From a virus: a DNA stretch of 52,977 bases. Of this stretch, positions 50,827 to 52,977 are shown piece after piece. A model generated the notes under the pieces. It saw only the letters and a list, made by a program, of their open reading frames with translations. It searched no databases and had not been told where the DNA came from. How positions within the stretch are numbered: the stretch's first letter is position 1; the number at the start of each line of letters is the position of its first letter. The DNA is taken from the IMG/VR virus record IMGVR_UViG_3300048917_000597, positions 1 through 52,977 of that record. One strand, written 5' to 3'. The position numbers and the translations under genes were made by a program.

Positions 50827-51615
50827 TCAGTCGACCTTTCCTGCCAGCTGCAGCTGGCGGTACTCCGCTTGGATGGCGCGCACGGTCGTGCGCATGTCAT
50901 AGGCCAGCACGTTCTCGATGTAGACGCGCTTGACCTCGTCGGGCACCAGCTCGGGCCCGCCGTAGTACTCCTGCACCTCGAACAGATCGAAGGCGGCCTG
51001 TCCGTTGTAGGTGTGGATCTTGAAGGGGAAGCGCGGGTCGCGGTAGATGCCGACCTGGTAGGACGGCAGGGTGATCTTCACCTCGGCCGGGCGTGCCGGC
51101 TGGTCACCGGAGACCTCGAAGGTCTCGGTGTACTCGCCGGACTTCACCGTCTGCTCCTTGACTCCGGTCTCGAGGTAGGTCAGCACGCGGCGTGCCCGCG
51201 GCTTGGGGAACGCGGGCTTGAGGATCTCCTCCTGCAGCCAGGCTCGACCTTCGTCGTCGATGCGGATGATCTCGTCGTCGGCCTTCTGGTTCAGCCGCTG
51301 GCCGGCGAACTCGTTGGGGTCGCGCGGCTGGCGTACAGGCGCCGGGTGGGCCGCGGCCTCGGCCTGGTCGGCGAGCGTGGCCATGTCGAACGGCGGGATC
51401 ACCGGCGCCTGCTGCACCGGCGGGTCGTACGGAGGAGGAGCGGGCGGCTCGGACTGCGGCGTGGGCTCCTCGAAGACCAGCGGCGGGGCGTCGTCGCCGA
51501 GGCCCTCGTACGCCTTGCGCAAGTCCTCGGTGCTGTACTCGCGGTAGTGGTGATCGAAGGTCACCCCCGCCGTCTTCAGCGCCTGGTAGTAGACGCTCTT
51601 CTCCGACTGGCTCAT
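50827..51615 (-). CDS. Hypothetical protein (262 aa), first gene of the minus-strand block next to motif array B
   Basis: ATG 51615 lies 4 nt after GGAG. It has a Pro-rich linker (EPTPQSEPPAPPPYDPPVQQAP). No motif was recognised. Confidence 0.65.
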   Translation of the reverse strand: MSQSEKSVYYQALKTAGVTFDHHYREYSTEDLRKAYEGLGDDAPPLVFEEPTPQSEPPAPPPYDPPVQQAPVIPPFDMATLADQAEAAAHPAPVRQPRDPNEFAGQRLNQKADDEIIRIDDEGRAWLQEEILKPAFPKPRARRVLTYLETGVKEQTVKSGEYTETFEVSGDQPARPAEVKITLPSYQVGIYRDPRFPFKIHTYNGQAAFDLFEVQEYYGGPELVPDEVKRVYIENVLAYDMRTTVRAIQAEYRQLQLAGKVD

Positions 51616-51698
51616 AACGCTCCGTAGGTAGGTTGGCTAGAGGATCGAGCGAACAGTAGCACCAGCATGGCGCCCTGGCGCCTAACCCCGGCTCGTGG

Positions 51699-51927
51699 CG
51701 TGTAGACACCTTGCGGGTGTCTACAGGGTGTCTACACGTTTGCCCAGGTCAGAGGCGGTTTTCAGCCGATGTAGACATGTAGACACCCCCTTCTTTGAAA
51801 CCGGTAACAGGATGTGAACAGCGGTTGAAAAGTTTGGGGGTGTCTACGTGTCTACAACGGACGAAAAGGGCCTCTGACCTGCGGTTATGTGTAGACACCT
51901 GGGGGGTGTCTACAGGGGTGACTACAC
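51699..51927. repeat. Motif array B: about 9 exact plus 1 variant copies of GTCTACA/TGTAGAC; paralogous to array A
   Basis: Contains GTGTAGACACC-ttgcg-GGTGTCTACAGGGTGTCTACAC (51700-51737), TGTAGACATGTAGACACCCCC..TTTGAAACC (51770-51802), GGGGGTGTCTACGTGTCTACA (51836-51856) and GGCCTCTGACCTGCGGTTATGTGTAGACACCTGGGGGGTGTCTACAGGGGTGACTACAC (51869-51927). Confidence 0.9.
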
Positions 51928-52025
51928 ATCGGGACGTCCGGCGGTGTTTCGACACGCCGATCGGGGGTAACCTGGAGAGGGTCTCGGACCCGTAACGGCT
52001 GGCTGCCCCTGGCCGTTGGAAGGTG

Positions 52026-52196
52026 GTGACCACCACCGTGCACGTTCTCTATCTCGTCCTGCTCGTGCTCTCAGCCGCGTGCTTCCTGATCGCGGCGTGT
52101 GGCTGCGTGCGCCATCCGGAGCGGATCCACCTGATCCCGCTCGGTCTGTTCTTCGGCGTGATGGTGCCGCTGATCCAGCACTGGCGCGGCCTCTAG
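52026..52196 (+). CDS. Small membrane protein (56 aa, 2 TM), isolated plus-strand gene
   Basis: Below the track cut-off. GTG 52026 directly follows GGAAGGTG; an in-frame alternative is GTG 52038, 9 nt further downstream. The sequence is VTTTVHVLYLVLLVLSAACFLIAACGCVRHPERIHLIPLGLFFGVMVPLIQHWRGL. GC3 bias is strong. The stop shares the palindrome CTAG with the convergent fibre gene stop. Confidence 0.5.
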   Translation: MTTTVHVLYLVLLVLSAACFLIAACGCVRHPERIHLIPLGLFFGVMVPLIQHWRGL

Positions 52197-52977
52197 CCGG
52201 TGTGCACGACCTGGAGCTTGGTCGGGTCGGCGCTGACATCCTTGCCCTCGAGGTACAGGCGGATGTCGGTGTCGCGCATCGTGTTGGTCTTGCCCGGGTA
52301 GGTCCGAACCTTCAGCGGCCAGCTGTCGACGATCGGGTCCTTGAAGGTCAGCCACGGTGTGGCGCCGGTTCCGATCGCAGAGACCTGCGCGACGTACGGC
52401 GCCTTGGTGCCGCGGAAGTCACAGCGGTCGAAGAGGTAGTCGGCCTGCAGCGACTGCTCGATGTTGACCGCCTTGCGGCTGTTGACGTAGGAGCAGCCGG
52501 TGAACTTGTACGTGCCGGCGCACTGGAACATCGCGAGCGCGAAGCCGAACACGGCACCGTCGTAGACCGAGTCGAGGTCGGTGTGGTCACCAGTGGTGTA
52601 GTTGTAGCCGAGCAGCGTGGCGGCCACGCCACCGCCGGTGAGCTTGAGCCGCTCGAGGCGCGCGCTGATGCAGCGCAGCAGCGCAGCGGAGAACGTCTCT
52701 CCCGGCGGGCCCGAGTCGTTGCCGGGGATCGAGTCGGCCCACATGTCATGGACGTAATGGCCGGTGCCGGCGCCCAGGCCGAGACCGCCGTAGTACGGCG
52801 TCGGCTGCTTGGTGCCCTGCAGGGTGAAGTTGCCGAGCTCGACGGGCTGGCCGTTGCCGGCCCGCATCAGCTTCAGCTGGTTCGTCGGCTTCGTGCCGGA
52901 GCCGGAGTAGACCGGCGCCACCTTCTTCGAGGTGTTCTCCGGCAGGTAGTAGATCGTCTTCTCCGGGCTGTGCCCGA
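52193..52977 (-). CDS. Tail fibre/tailspike-like protein, 3' portion (continuation of 353..1 across the window break; 52851..52977 duplicates 1..127)
   Basis: The frame is open from the window end to stop 52193. The joined gene is 336 aa. The C-terminal part (..LKLTGGGVAATLLGYNYTTGDHTDLDSVYDGAVFGFALAMFQCAGTYKFTGCSYVNSRKAVNIEQS..) suggests a short right-handed beta-helix/pectate-lyase-like fold (inference). Confidence 0.75.
   Translation of the reverse strand, partial: GHSPEKTIYYLPENTSKKVAPVYSGSGTKPTNQLKLMRAGNGQPVELGNFTLQGTKQPTPYYGGLGLGAGTGHYVHDMWADSIPGNDSGPPGETFSAALLRCISARLERLKLTGGGVAATLLGYNYTTGDHTDLDSVYDGAVFGFALAMFQCAGTYKFTGCSYVNSRKAVNIEQSLQADYLFDRCDFRGTKAPYVAQVSAIGTGATPWLTFKDPIVDSWPLKVRTYPGKTNTMRDTDIRLYLEGKDVSADPTKLQVVHTG
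52851..52977. repeat. Terminal direct repeat, copy 2 (identical to 1..127)
   Basis: Same 127-base string as the window start. It lies inside a coding region, so it is most simply an assembly overlap of a circular contig rather than a biological terminal repeat. Confidence 0.97.

Noticed and set aside
1-52977. Lysogeny or mobile-element functions (integrase, repressor/Cro pair, transposase, attP-like repeats)
   Set aside because: No ORF shows tyrosine/serine recombinase or DDE motifs. The only repeats are the regulatory arrays and the assembly overlap. The genome is treated as lytic, with the caveat that divergent regulators could escape recognition by eye.

Overview
The window reads as one complete, circularly closed genome. 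It has 52,850 unique bp, and the first 127 bases recur exactly as the last 127. It is a GC-rich, strongly GC3-biased tailed phage of the actinobacterial type, apparently strictly lytic, with podovirus-like (T7/N4-style) morphogenesis genes. There are three gene blocks. (i) A minus-strand virion block runs 27846->1 and on through the artificial window break to 52193: giant 4.8-kaa protein, portal, major capsid, small membrane/structural proteins, adaptor, nozzle, fibre, LamG protein, beta-helix-like fibre. (ii) A plus-strand early/replication block runs 28305->45324: small membrane and coiled-coil proteins, Pol-beta-type nucleotidyltransferase, MoxR-like AAA ATPase plus vWA protein, gp2.5-like SSB, Cas4/RecB-like nuclease, family A DNA polymerase, RuvC-like resolvase, SF2 helicase, D5/P4-type primase-helicase, prim-pol. 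(iii) A minus-strand block runs 51615->45284: unknowns, Ala/Gly/Pro-rich scaffold-like protein, EEP-family enzyme, M15-like endolysin, large terminase, small membrane proteins. I recognised no tRNA, rRNA, CRISPR array, integrase, repressor or transposase. Three observations stand out. First, the 14.3-kb ORF (about 27% of the genome) carries beta-prime-like (RVDIEG / ARDP / GDYDGDKV) and beta-like (GDKK..NGMK..LP..IDMIV) double-psi beta-barrel signatures. That makes it a candidate virion-delivered multisubunit-type RNA polymerase, as in crAss-like phages, and I found no other RNAP gene. Second, two paralogous ~230-260-bp intergenic arrays about 22.8 kb apart are each packed with roughly ten copies of the near-palindromic motif GTGTCTACA/TGTAGACAC. 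They sit in the two divergent strand-switch regions and are candidate promoter/operator or origin elements. Third, a sharply AT-rich island with a perfect 16-bp palindrome lies between the giant gene and the early genes. All functional calls rest on motifs read by eye and recalled family signatures; no database search was possible.
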